Source: Promethearchaeota archaeon | GTDB lineage: Archaea; Asgardarchaeota; Thorarchaeia; Thorarchaeales; Thorarchaeaceae | Direction: 5' to 3' | DNA: 41,515 bases | Assembly (NCBI GenBank): GCA_048939765.1 | Contig: JBHLPF010000014.1 | Location: forward strand, 24,722 to 66,236 | Made by a program: the position numbers and the translations under genes | Shown here: piece by piece, positions 9,063 through 17,530 of the stretch | How the letters are laid out: every line of letters begins with the position of its first letter | Position numbering within the stretch: the first letter of the stretch is position 1 | Notes under the pieces: model-generated | The model's input: only the letters and a program-made list of their open reading frames with translations | The model's database searches: none | Told to the model about the DNA's origin: nothing

Positions 9063-9458
9063 TTAAGTTCCATCTGCCTTTCGTCGTCTGGCAGCAAGCA
9101 GTGCTTTGAGTTCGCCCATCATTCCACCTGGACCTGAAGGTGCCCTTGGAGGCGGGGCTTTAGCAATGGGGGCCGAAGCTATAGGTTCACCGCCTGCCGC
9201 AGCCGCTGCTGGCGAGGGACCGGCTGCAGCGACCCCGGATCTCTGTAATGCGCTGATTTTGGCATCAAACGAAGACTCTAGTTTGGATAGCTGAGTCTGG
9301 AGTTCGTAGACATCCTCCATAACCTTACTGACAGCTTCTGTGAGTTTGGTTGTGATTATACTCACGACCTCTCCGAGAGCACGCAGTTTCTCTTCTGTTG
9401 GGTCTTTCAAAGCCCATTCAAACTCATCCATAATGAAGTCTTCGCCATCTTTGCTCAT
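9063..9458 (-). CDS. Small coiled-coil / Ala-Pro-rich protein with C-terminal Ena/VASP FAB-like (WH2-related) motif; putative actin-binding protein
   Basis: Heptad-like helix at aa ~20-73, APPPRAPSGP linker and GGMMGELKALLAARRRKA C-terminus. It has its own TATA box and a GGGG RBS. The gene itself is well supported; the function is inferred. Confidence 0.6.
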   Translation of the reverse strand: MSKDGEDFIMDEFEWALKDPTEEKLRALGEVVSIITTKLTEAVSKVMEDVYELQTQLSKLESSFDAKISALQRSGVAAAGPSPAAAAAGGEPIASAPIAKAPPPRAPSGPGGMMGELKALLAARRRKADGT

Positions 9459-9496
9459 TTCATAGACCCCTTTAGCGCCTGAAAGTGGGCGTTTTG

Positions 9497-9504
9497 TCTA
9501 TAAA
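9497..9504 (-). promoter_or_regulatory. TATA box (TTTATAGA on minus strand) for the 131-aa gene
   Basis: Canonical TTTATA about 40 nt upstream of ATG 9458, inside the 69-nt intergenic gap. Confidence 0.55.
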
Positions 9505-9527
9505 CATATTCCGCGTGCAGCTGAGTG

Positions 9528-10904
9528 TCATAACTTGCCTATGACTCTCTCCACTTCTGCTTTGGCGTCTGCAAGTATCTTTTCCACCTGCTTGTCAGAT
9601 GGAGCCTCACACGTAATTCTAATGACTGGTTCAGTTCCCGATGGTCGAACAAGAACCCATCCTGCTTTGAGTGAGATGCCGATTCCATCCACTGTGATAA
9701 CTTCTGCGGAGCCTTCCATCGCTTCTGGCAGTGATTTGACGAGAGCCGTCATAACCGCGCTTTTGTTCTCATTCTGACATTTGACTTTGGCTTTTCGTAG
9801 TGGGTAGGCCGGGATTTCAGAGATTAGCTCTCCAAAGGATTTCCCTGTAGATGCCATTAATTCAAGAATCCTGCATGCAGTCAGAAATGGCTCTGGAGCA
9901 TTGTGGAATTCTGAGAAGATGAACACACCTGCCGCCTCTCCGCCGAATGCTGCTCCGGTCTCTCTCATCTTGAGAGCGACCTGAATGTCCCCCACAGGAG
10001 TTCTAATTGTCTTCCCACCAGCCTTCTCGACTGTTTCATCAACGATTTTGGAGCTGTCTACAGTCGTGACAATGGTCTTATCCATGGAGCGCTTGATTTC
10101 TTCTCGTGATAGGAGGGCGATGGTCCTATCTCCCCTAATCACCTCTCCCTTTTCCGTAACAAAGACTACTCTGTCTGCATCACCATCGTGTGCAATGCCA
10201 AGGTCTGCACCAGTATCCCTGACCATTTTGGTGAGGTCTTTCAGCGACTCCTTGTCAGGCTCAGACGCTCTTCCAGGAAAATGACCATCTGGTTGACCAT
10301 TTATTGAGATGACTTTGCAAGCTAGCCTTCTCATTAGGTACGGAGTCAATACTGAGCCGGAACCATTACCCGGGTCGACGATGATGTTGTACTCCTTGGA
10401 TTCAATGCTTTTGGAATCGACCAGTTCAAGAATGGCTGTAATGTGTTCATCTACAGCAGTTTCTGTGGTTCGTTCTTCGCCCAAGCCATTCCAATTGGCT
10501 ACTTGAAACGCCTCTTCAGTATAGATTCGCTCAATCTCTCTCTCCATCTCAGGGGTGTATCCCATACTATCTGGACTCCAGAACTTCACACCGGTGTACT
10601 CAGGAGGATTGTGGGATGCAGTTACCATGAGTCCTGCATTGTAGCCATGCTGTCTTGTGATGAACGCGAGAGTAGGAGTCGGTATCATGCCCGCCTTTAC
10701 AACATCGACACCCGTAGACATAATGCCTGCTGCAAGAGCATCCTCAATCATTGGTCCAGTTGTGCGTGCATCTCTTGCCAATACAACAGTTCCTTTCCCA
10801 AGATAGGATCCAAGGGCTTTTCCAAGTCTTAGTGCCATCGAGAGATCGAATTCAGTACCGTAGACCTTTCGAATGCCTGTAGTACCGAAGAGAGTGCGTG
10901 TCAT
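9528..10904 (-). CDS. glmM: Phosphoglucosamine mutase / phosphohexomutase (PGM/PMM family)
   Basis: LFGTTGIR, TASHNP phosphoserine loop, DGDADR metal loop, GGE and RPSGTEP motifs. Confidence 0.85.
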   Translation of the reverse strand: MTRTLFGTTGIRKVYGTEFDLSMALRLGKALGSYLGKGTVVLARDARTTGPMIEDALAAGIMSTGVDVVKAGMIPTPTLAFITRQHGYNAGLMVTASHNPPEYTGVKFWSPDSMGYTPEMEREIERIYTEEAFQVANWNGLGEERTTETAVDEHITAILELVDSKSIESKEYNIIVDPGNGSGSVLTPYLMRRLACKVISINGQPDGHFPGRASEPDKESLKDLTKMVRDTGADLGIAHDGDADRVVFVTEKGEVIRGDRTIALLSREEIKRSMDKTIVTTVDSSKIVDETVEKAGGKTIRTPVGDIQVALKMRETGAAFGGEAAGVFIFSEFHNAPEPFLTACRILELMASTGKSFGELISEIPAYPLRKAKVKCQNENKSAVMTALVKSLPEAMEGSAEVITVDGIGISLKAGWVLVRPSGTEPVIRITCEAPSDKQVEKILADAKAEVERVIGKL

Positions 10905-11028
10905 CTATTACACAGAGTGAGTGCTATCACCACTGGAGAAAAAGATACCTACTGGCCGCTCAGTGTACAAAATACCTCTATATGATTTCGAACTGCTGAA
11001 TACCCTGGACTTTGGAGGTTCATCTGGT

Positions 11029-11826
11029 TTGCCAGTCTTTCAGCATCAGGACATGCGGCTCTACTATCAGGAACGTGATAAGCGGGAGGACAAGACACGA
11101 GGTCTTCCTGTCGTGTTCGTCCACGGTGCAGGCTCATCTCGTAGAACATGGCATATGCAGACTGAAGCCTTCGAATTTACTCATCGTGTGCTCGTACCTG
11201 ATCTATCTGGACATGGAGAGTCAGACGCCGGCCCTGTCGAAGCCAGCATTGAAGGATTCGCCGCTGAGCTAGGTGCCCTCGTAGAACACTTGGACCTTTA
11301 TGATTTCGTGCTTGTAGGCCATTCTATGGGCGGTGGAGTTGTGATGGCGTATATGCTTCATGAGGGGTATCGAAAGCCTCTAGCTATTACTCTGGTCGAC
11401 ACGCATCCGAAGCTTGAGCTGTCGGGTTTAGCTACAGGTCTGGCAATTGAAACAATAGAGACCCAACTGTATCTGTTCAGAGGAAGAAAGGAACGGGGAA
11501 AGAATGGGCCTTACGACATCATCCGCGAAGAGGAAGACATCAAGCGCCAGCACCCTGGTATCATGAGCCGCGACCTCGCCGCATGCAACAAGTTCGATGT
11601 GTCTGATCGCGTTGGCGAGATTGATGTACCGGTCCTTGTCATTGTTGGAGAGCACGACGACATAGTGACTCCCCAGATGGCGAAACAATTCGAGGAATCT
11701 CTTCCCCGAGCTGACATTGCAGTAGTGAAAAAATCTGACCACGTTCCCATGCTTCAAAATCCTGAGCACTTCAACGAGGTTCTCAGGAAGTTCCTCAAAT
11801 GGGTCGAGGAGAAGCGTAAGAAGTAG
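11029..11826 (+). CDS. Alpha/beta hydrolase
   Basis: HGAG oxyanion motif, GHG.S, GHSMGG nucleophile elbow, GEHDD acid and DHVP His. TTG start at 11029 follows GGAGG. Confidence 0.9.
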   Translation: MPVFQHQDMRLYYQERDKREDKTRGLPVVFVHGAGSSRRTWHMQTEAFEFTHRVLVPDLSGHGESDAGPVEASIEGFAAELGALVEHLDLYDFVLVGHSMGGGVVMAYMLHEGYRKPLAITLVDTHPKLELSGLATGLAIETIETQLYLFRGRKERGKNGPYDIIREEEDIKRQHPGIMSRDLAACNKFDVSDRVGEIDVPVLVIVGEHDDIVTPQMAKQFEESLPRADIAVVKKSDHVPMLQNPEHFNEVLRKFLKWVEEKRKK

Positions 11827-11865
11827 AGTAGTTGCTTCCGCTACAGGTCGTTGGCAATATAGAAC

Positions 11866-11879
11866 GAAACCTTATTAGT
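11866..11879 (+). promoter_or_regulatory. BRE/TATA-like promoter (GAAACCTTATTAGT) of the Rab-like GTPase
   Basis: Purine-rich BRE-like run followed by a TTATTA box, about 90 nt upstream of the GTG start. Confidence 0.45.
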
Positions 11880-11965
11880 GCGCTACAACTCTTAACGCTC
11901 CGTAGAACTGCCCCCACATGCCGTGACAATTGGTTGGGTAGTTCTCAAGTTCGGAGGATTCAATC

Positions 11966-12514
11966 GTGAGCAGCTCATACGACTACCTCTTCAAGGTTGT
12001 AGTCCTCGGTGAGGGCGCTGTGGGAAAGACTGCCATCGTCACACGCTTCTCACACGGCTTCTTCAGGACCGATTACAAAACGACGATTGGATCTCAGTTC
12101 GCTGTCAAGAACATCGACATAGTCGCCCCAGATGGCGAGAATCAAGTTGTGAAGCTGCAAATCTGGGATGTCGCAGGCCAGTCTAGATTTCAGATACTGC
12201 GGCCGATGTACTATCGTGGCTCTAACGGAGGGCTTCTAGTATACGATGTGTCCAGACGCCGGACCTTCATGTTGCTGCAAGAGTGGCTAGACGAGCTTCA
12301 TAAAGCCATTCAGAAGGAGATCCCATTGGTGCTCGTGGCCAATAAGACGGACCTGCCAGATCGAGTCATAGAGCCCTCGGAGGGCAGGGAGTTTGCCGAT
12401 GCTCATGGCATGCCCTATGTGGAGAGCTCAGCAAAGACTGGCGAGGGAGTCGTTGACATTTTTGAAGAGCTGGGCACTGTGCTTGTCAGAATGCGTCAGA
12501 ATGTAAACCGCTAG
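11966..12514 (+). CDS. Rab-like small GTPase (eukaryotic signature protein)
   Basis: G1 GEGAVGKT, G2 TTIG, G3 WDVAGQ, G4 NKTD, G5 SAK. RabF-like motifs IGSQF, KLQIW, YYRGS and LVYDVS. GGAGG RBS. Confidence 0.95.
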   Translation: MSSSYDYLFKVVVLGEGAVGKTAIVTRFSHGFFRTDYKTTIGSQFAVKNIDIVAPDGENQVVKLQIWDVAGQSRFQILRPMYYRGSNGGLLVYDVSRRRTFMLLQEWLDELHKAIQKEIPLVLVANKTDLPDRVIEPSEGREFADAHGMPYVESSAKTGEGVVDIFEELGTVLVRMRQNVNR

Positions 12515-12524
12515 ATACTCGTTC

Positions 12525-13295
12525 TCACTCTTCGAGTGGATGTTTCGGGTCCACTAGACTCCAGTAATGCATGAACAGGTCACGGCACCACTTCAGGCCT
12601 GCTTCTGTCTCTGTGTAGAATGCAGCATAGTCCATCTTGCCATCCAAGGTCGGAAATCCAACTACCGCAGTCTTCTCAGATATTACGCTTACTATGGCGA
12701 CTTCATCAATACGGCCGACCCTAATTCTACCAAGATCTTCTGGCTCATAGCTGGGCATGTAGGCGTCTGGGATGTCTGGAGGTGGCATATTCTTGGGCAT
12801 TATGGACAACAGGCTGACACCACGTTTCACAGCTGCCTCAATCAGAGGAACGCTGCCGCTGGGGACTTGATCTGCTGTCATCAATAGTTCCTCCTCTGCC
12901 TCCTCAATGATGGCGTTGACCTTCTGAAATGCTAGAACAGGGTTGTCCAAGAGTGTGCTCCCACTGAGTTCTCCAACTCTTGAGATGAAACTTGCAGGGA
13001 TGTGGCTTATCCGATGTTGTACAAAGTAGTCCCGATGCTCGGTTAGGAAGTCAAGTCCGGGCAATAGCATGAGAATCAGAGTGCCATGGTGTGTGATGTG
13101 AAACGCACCGTCAGCCAACTTCTGAACCAAGAGCGCATCAATGAGCCGTTGGAGATGGCGTGATGTTTCCTGCACCGTGAGGTCCAGTCCCTTTGCTAGA
13201 TTGGTCAGCTTTGTCGGCTTCTTATTGAGTTCGGTGAGAATCGCGAGTCTATCAACGTTGGCAAGCTCAAACAACAGAGCACTCAAGCGTTCCAT
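12525..13295 (-). CDS. ArsR-like winged-helix transcriptional regulator with FilR1/DUF1724-type C-terminal domain
   Basis: N-terminal LFELAN.DRL.IL ... QETSRHLQRL HTH; FPTLDGKMDY and WCRDLF.HYW C-terminal motifs typical of this archaeal family. Confidence 0.8.
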   Translation of the reverse strand: MERLSALLFELANVDRLAILTELNKKPTKLTNLAKGLDLTVQETSRHLQRLIDALLVQKLADGAFHITHHGTLILMLLPGLDFLTEHRDYFVQHRISHIPASFISRVGELSGSTLLDNPVLAFQKVNAIIEEAEEELLMTADQVPSGSVPLIEAAVKRGVSLLSIMPKNMPPPDIPDAYMPSYEPEDLGRIRVGRIDEVAIVSVISEKTAVVGFPTLDGKMDYAAFYTETEAGLKWCRDLFMHYWSLVDPKHPLEE

Positions 13296-13409
13296 GTTTC
13301 AGCTCTTGGTCCTGCGGCCTAATAACTCAAGCTCAATGATGAAAAGCCATCATTGGAGCTTAGGAGCCTACTTCTATGTTTGAGTCCAGTATGTGCCTGG
13401 AGAAGAACA

Positions 13410-13658
13410 ATGACCCTACGAACTGAAGAACATGCTTTCTCAATCGAGCTTAACTCGAAGGACTGCCTCGGAATTGAGGTGCCACGTCAAGTCAATGATT
13501 CTGTGCTGGTAGAAGGAAGCCTGGGTGAGCTGAGCGCTCTTAGGTTTGTCGAAGGCGTGATGTTGGAGATAAAGGGCTCCAACGGAACGTTCAGAATGGA
13601 CATCACCGAATCTGAGTGGGTTTCTTTATTGAAGGAGGGAAGCAAGAATGAAGACTGA
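13410..13658 (+). CDS. Small conserved hypothetical beta-rich protein (~82 aa), divergent from the regulator
   Basis: ATG 13410 follows GGAG; globular sequence HAFSIEL...VEGSLG...EGVMLEIKG.NG..R.D. Confidence 0.65.
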   Translation: MTLRTEEHAFSIELNSKDCLGIEVPRQVNDSVLVEGSLGELSALRFVEGVMLEIKGSNGTFRMDITESEWVSLLKEGSKNED

Positions 13659-13772
13659 AATGGCCTATGATACCCGTAAGATTTGATGGGAAGCCATCGC
13701 GAAGTCTATTCTTGCCCCTTTGTTCAAAACCCAACTCATATGAGGGCGTAAGTTGTCCACCATCTTAGCGAA

Positions 13773-14354
13773 ATGACTGATTCTGACGAATACTATGCAG
13801 TAAACATAATTCCTGCAATCGCATGGGCATTGAATCTGTATCTAAAGACTGGTGCTCGCTTCAAAGACAAGACCCTCGAGGTTGTCTTTCCGGCTGGAGA
13901 TCATAAGGAGAACATGATGAAGAAGGGAGAACATGAGATAGCTGTATGGATTTCAAATCGCAGGATCTATGCCAGAGCAAGGTGCAATTTCAAGAAGGAC
14001 TGCAAAGTCAACACTGAGCGTGTGAATGGAACCGACCGCGATGCTCTGAAGGAGCTTCCTTGGGATGAGGTCAATGTACGTGCATTCTTCAAGACGATGA
14101 TGAAATGGCTAATGCGGATGGATCTTGACTTCAAAACGCTGATCCGCTCATTCAATACTGTATGTAACGATCGCGTGGCACTGCCGCTTACGACAAAATA
14201 CGGCAAGACCTTCAACGAATTCAACGACTATCGCAAGACCAAATGGCCCAAGGATGCCACTCCTGACAACCGGAGCCGTTTCTTGGAGGAAGTTCTTGTC
14301 AGGGTGTCTTTCTGGATGCAGTCAGCAGCTCAAGTCAATGCTCTGGACTACTAG
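13773..14354 (+). CDS. Hypothetical protein (193 aa)
   Basis: Long ORF filling the gap with protein-like composition; no motif recognised. Confidence 0.7.
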   Translation: MTDSDEYYAVNIIPAIAWALNLYLKTGARFKDKTLEVVFPAGDHKENMMKKGEHEIAVWISNRRIYARARCNFKKDCKVNTERVNGTDRDALKELPWDEVNVRAFFKTMMKWLMRMDLDFKTLIRSFNTVCNDRVALPLTTKYGKTFNEFNDYRKTKWPKDATPDNRSRFLEEVLVRVSFWMQSAAQVNALDY

Positions 14355-14589
14355 TTGGGTAGGCATGAATAACAAGTACGAGGAATCCCTTCAATTGGGA
14401 TGATAGGGACTCCCCCCAATTTTAGGTTTCCACCACGAATTCCCGAGCCAGAATAGAACGGTTTGCATTTAAACTATGTCACACAATTACTTTGAAGTGT
14501 AAGAAAGAACATTCTTTGATTTCCACTCCTAATCAGAAACCCTAAAGCGAACATTGGTCACAACTGGCTCGTTCAGATGTGAGGATTCT

Positions 14590-15720
14590 ATGAAGATCGG
14601 TCTGCTTGTCAATCCAATTGCTGGCATGGGCGGACGCGTAGGTCTCAAAGGCACAGATGGGGTGGTTGAGGAGGCTATTAGGAGGGGTGCAGAGCCTGTT
14701 GCAGCAGGAAGAGCAGCTAATTTCCTAGATGCCTTGTCACAAATGCGGAATGTTGGGCGTGTCGATTTCAGCCTCGTGACATGTCCTGGTGTGATGGGAG
14801 AACAAGTAGCTAACGCCAGCGGTCTGCCCTTTGAAGTAGTTGATGCAGCAATAGCTCCAGAAACAGGACCCGAAGATACGCGGAAGTGTGTGACTGCTCT
14901 ATATGCTGAGGGCGTAAGGCTCCTTGTCTTTGTAGGTGGGGATGGAACTGCACGTGATATTCTTGATGCGGTCAATGAGCAAAGCCTGGACGACCTTAAT
15001 GTGCTTGGAGTCCCGTCAGGAGTGAAGATGTATAGCGGCATCTTTGTCGTCAATCCTCGGGACGCCGCAGAGGTGATTCGTCTCGTTGGTCAGGGAAGTA
15101 CATCGTCTGCAGAGTTTGAGATCATGGATGCTGATGAGGATGCCATCCGTGAGGATCAATTCATCATCAAACTCTATGGATACCTCAAAGGTCCTGCAGT
15201 GCCTGCTCGCTTCCAGGGAGCGAAACAGGCCAGTCCTGAAACAATGAATGAACAAGAAGCACAAGAAGCAATTGCTCGATATGTGATAGATGAGATGGAA
15301 CCCGACTACTGGTACATTCTTGGCCCCGGAACTACTGTTAGGGCTATCACTGATATGCTGGAAATGAAGAAGACTACACTCGGAGTTGACGTCTACTCAA
15401 GAAATGGTATGCGCAATGATGTGAACGAAGACGACATTCTTGAACTAGTAACAGACTTTCAAAAGGCTTGGATTGTTGTTTCGCCAATAGGCCATCAAGG
15501 AATGCTTTTTGGCAGAGGGAATCAACAAATCAGTTCAAAGATAATAGAGCTGGTTGGCAAAGATCGGATTCTGGTAATTTCCACACCTTCAAAACTGAAG
15601 GGCATCGAAGGTGGGGCATTGAGGGTAGACACTGGCAGTAGTGAAGTTGATGAGATGCTAAGGGGCTACATTCGGGTCATCACAGACTATAATGAGATCC
15701 GACTTGTGAAGGTGGTATAA
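14590..15720 (+). CDS. ATP-NAD kinase family protein (COG3199/AcoX-like)
   Basis: NPIAGMGGRVGLKGTDG, GGDGTARD, GVKMYSG, GPGTT, GRGNQQ and VDTG motifs. ATG 14590 follows GAGG. Confidence 0.85.
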   Translation: MKIGLLVNPIAGMGGRVGLKGTDGVVEEAIRRGAEPVAAGRAANFLDALSQMRNVGRVDFSLVTCPGVMGEQVANASGLPFEVVDAAIAPETGPEDTRKCVTALYAEGVRLLVFVGGDGTARDILDAVNEQSLDDLNVLGVPSGVKMYSGIFVVNPRDAAEVIRLVGQGSTSSAEFEIMDADEDAIREDQFIIKLYGYLKGPAVPARFQGAKQASPETMNEQEAQEAIARYVIDEMEPDYWYILGPGTTVRAITDMLEMKKTTLGVDVYSRNGMRNDVNEDDILELVTDFQKAWIVVSPIGHQGMLFGRGNQQISSKIIELVGKDRILVISTPSKLKGIEGGALRVDTGSSEVDEMLRGYIRVITDYNEIRLVKVV

Positions 15721-15878
15721 GGCCCTCCCATAGAAATATGCGATGTGATTGGTTTGGGGTGGCCCAGTTCGGTCGGCGGAGGGCGAGAGGAGAGTTAGAC
15801 TTGGCTCCTATGAGGAAAGAATATGCCAAATATTCCCCAAATGGGCCACCCCTGGTAGGAAACAATTTCTATTAGGCC
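15721..15878. ncRNA. Candidate structured RNA or inverted-repeat element
   Basis: Perfect 11-bp IR GGGGTGGCCCA (15756-15766) / TGGGCCACCCC (15842-15852). Outer IR ATAGAAAT/ATTTCTAT. Inner hairpins AGGAG..CTCCT and GAATAT..ATATTC. Confidence 0.35.
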
Positions 15879-15939
15879 GTGAAGACTAAAGAAGTGACCG
15901 AAGGTTGAAACACTGTACTTGTACAATGAGTGAACTATT

Positions 15940-16671
15940 ATGATTGTGCTCTTGACTGACTTTGGTGAGTCGGAATACGTCGGAGCTATGAAAGGAGTTA
16001 TACTGTCTATCTCTCCAGCGGCGCAGATTGTCGATCTGACACATTCAATTTCCCCCCAGTCTGTTCGAGAAGGAGCTTGGGTCTTGTTACAAAACTATCA
16101 ACTCTTTCCTAGGGATGCAATATTCGTTTGTGTTGTGGATCCCGGAGTAGGCACGGATCGTGATGCCGTATTGGTTGACACGACCAACTACATGTTCATA
16201 GGACCAGACAATGGGTTGATGTATCCTGCTATTATGCAAGATGGAATCAAGCAGACATTCAGTCTTAGCATCGATGAAAACGCCTCAAACACATTTCATG
16301 GCAGGGATGTTTTCGCTGTGACTGCAGCCAATCTTGAAAGGCGCGTTGTTGGAAGGCATCTTGGTCCTTACAAGAATGCACTGGATAATGAGATTTCATT
16401 CTATCAAGAGGGCCGAGAGGGAGAGGTAGTCCGCATAGACAGATTCGGGAATATAGTCACCAATATTCCTCCAACAGACACGGGGCCCGTGAAGATTAGG
16501 ACGAATGATAGCGAACTGGATTCAGTTCATTGTCGTACCTATTCGGAAGGACCCGAGGACGGAATCTTTGTCGTTACGGGCAGCTCAAACACTCTAGAAA
16601 TCTCAACGCAAAACGGTCGAGCCATAGACATTCTCTTGCTCAGAATAGGAGATCGCCTAATAATCGAATAG
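15940..16671 (+). CDS. SAM hydroxide adenosyltransferase / chlorinase-fluorinase family (DUF62)
   Basis: LLTDFG, VDLTH, VVDPGVGT.R, GPDNG, STFHGRDVFA-like and IDRFGN motifs. Confidence 0.92.
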   Translation: MIVLLTDFGESEYVGAMKGVILSISPAAQIVDLTHSISPQSVREGAWVLLQNYQLFPRDAIFVCVVDPGVGTDRDAVLVDTTNYMFIGPDNGLMYPAIMQDGIKQTFSLSIDENASNTFHGRDVFAVTAANLERRVVGRHLGPYKNALDNEISFYQEGREGEVVRIDRFGNIVTNIPPTDTGPVKIRTNDSELDSVHCRTYSEGPEDGIFVVTGSSNTLEISTQNGRAIDILLLRIGDRLIIE

Positions 16672-17403
16672 TCACATTTTTGGGTAAAAGACACACGCTT
16701 CTCTGGCACAATCTAGATTTCTCTTCCAATTCTCACAGGAGCCTACTTCTGGTTCAGGACCTAAGTCCACTCCATAATTCTCACTCAATATCTCGATGGC
16801 TGCACCTATTCCATATAATGAAGACCTCTTGCAGCACCGTATCAAACCATCACTCACTCTTTCAAGCGCTGCTATTGTGGCTCTATGAGCCGAGAGACGC
16901 TCCGGGCCCTTCGTTGGAGTAGAACCCACGAATAAGGCAATCGCAATCCCTGCACCAACACAAGCTCCACAATCCCCTGCAGTGCCACAGAAGCCACCAG
17001 GAATCTTTGAGCCTCTCCTTATGCCTTCAAGTATCATCTCGAGGGTCACATTCTCTCCATTTGGCCGGGCAATCCCACGATTCTTCATAGCAATGAGTAG
17101 CGCCGCAGGCACCAGACTGTGATGCTCTGGTCCATGGAAAGTGAATGATGCATGATTGAAGGCAGCCTCTAAGATATTTCGTGGGCTTGTGCTTTTTTCT
17201 CCCTCGGCCATTCTCCGCAACAATGCAAGCGCATCTGCTGAGTGACACTCATCACAGATGAAGTGACCCTTTGGGCAGTAGATTGTGGAGATGAAATCAA
17301 GTCCGCAATAGTCACAGATGTGTTCAGATCCCTTTTCGCTGTAGACAAGAGGTTCACCGCAAACCATGCAAGCGAAATCGTGAGTAGCGGACTTGCCTGT
17401 CAA
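16672..17403 (-). CDS. Cys-rich DUF5714-like metal-binding protein
   Basis: CMVC, CDYC, CPKGHFICDECH, HGPEHH, IPGGFCG..G.CG and RCCKR motifs. Confidence 0.75.
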   Translation of the reverse strand: MTGKSATHDFACMVCGEPLVYSEKGSEHICDYCGLDFISTIYCPKGHFICDECHSADALALLRRMAEGEKSTSPRNILEAAFNHASFTFHGPEHHSLVPAALLIAMKNRGIARPNGENVTLEMILEGIRRGSKIPGGFCGTAGDCGACVGAGIAIALFVGSTPTKGPERLSAHRATIAALERVSDGLIRCCKRSSLYGIGAAIEILSENYGVDLGPEPEVGSCENWKRNLDCAREACVFYPKM

Positions 17404-17530
17404 TCTGTATCACTTGTTTTGAACGCCCAATCATCTCTCTATTGAGATTTGTGATGTAGTCGAGTTTCTAAGCTCGGCAGGACAGAGCTTAGCATCTAAA
17501 TTAGTACAAACTGAACTAGTTGAGCTAACG

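Noticed and set aside
13648-13743. Possible pseudogene remnant or UGA read-through ORF (MKTEMAYDTRKI*WEAIAKSILAPLF)
   Set aside because: Too short, with no recognisable Sec context or SECIS; the resemblance to a methyltransferase N-terminus cannot be supported.
15756-15852. tRNA or tRNA-Sec gene (GGGGTGG...CCACCCC acceptor-like stem)
   Set aside because: No T-loop (GTTCRA) at the proper position and no D arm or anticodon arm on either strand.
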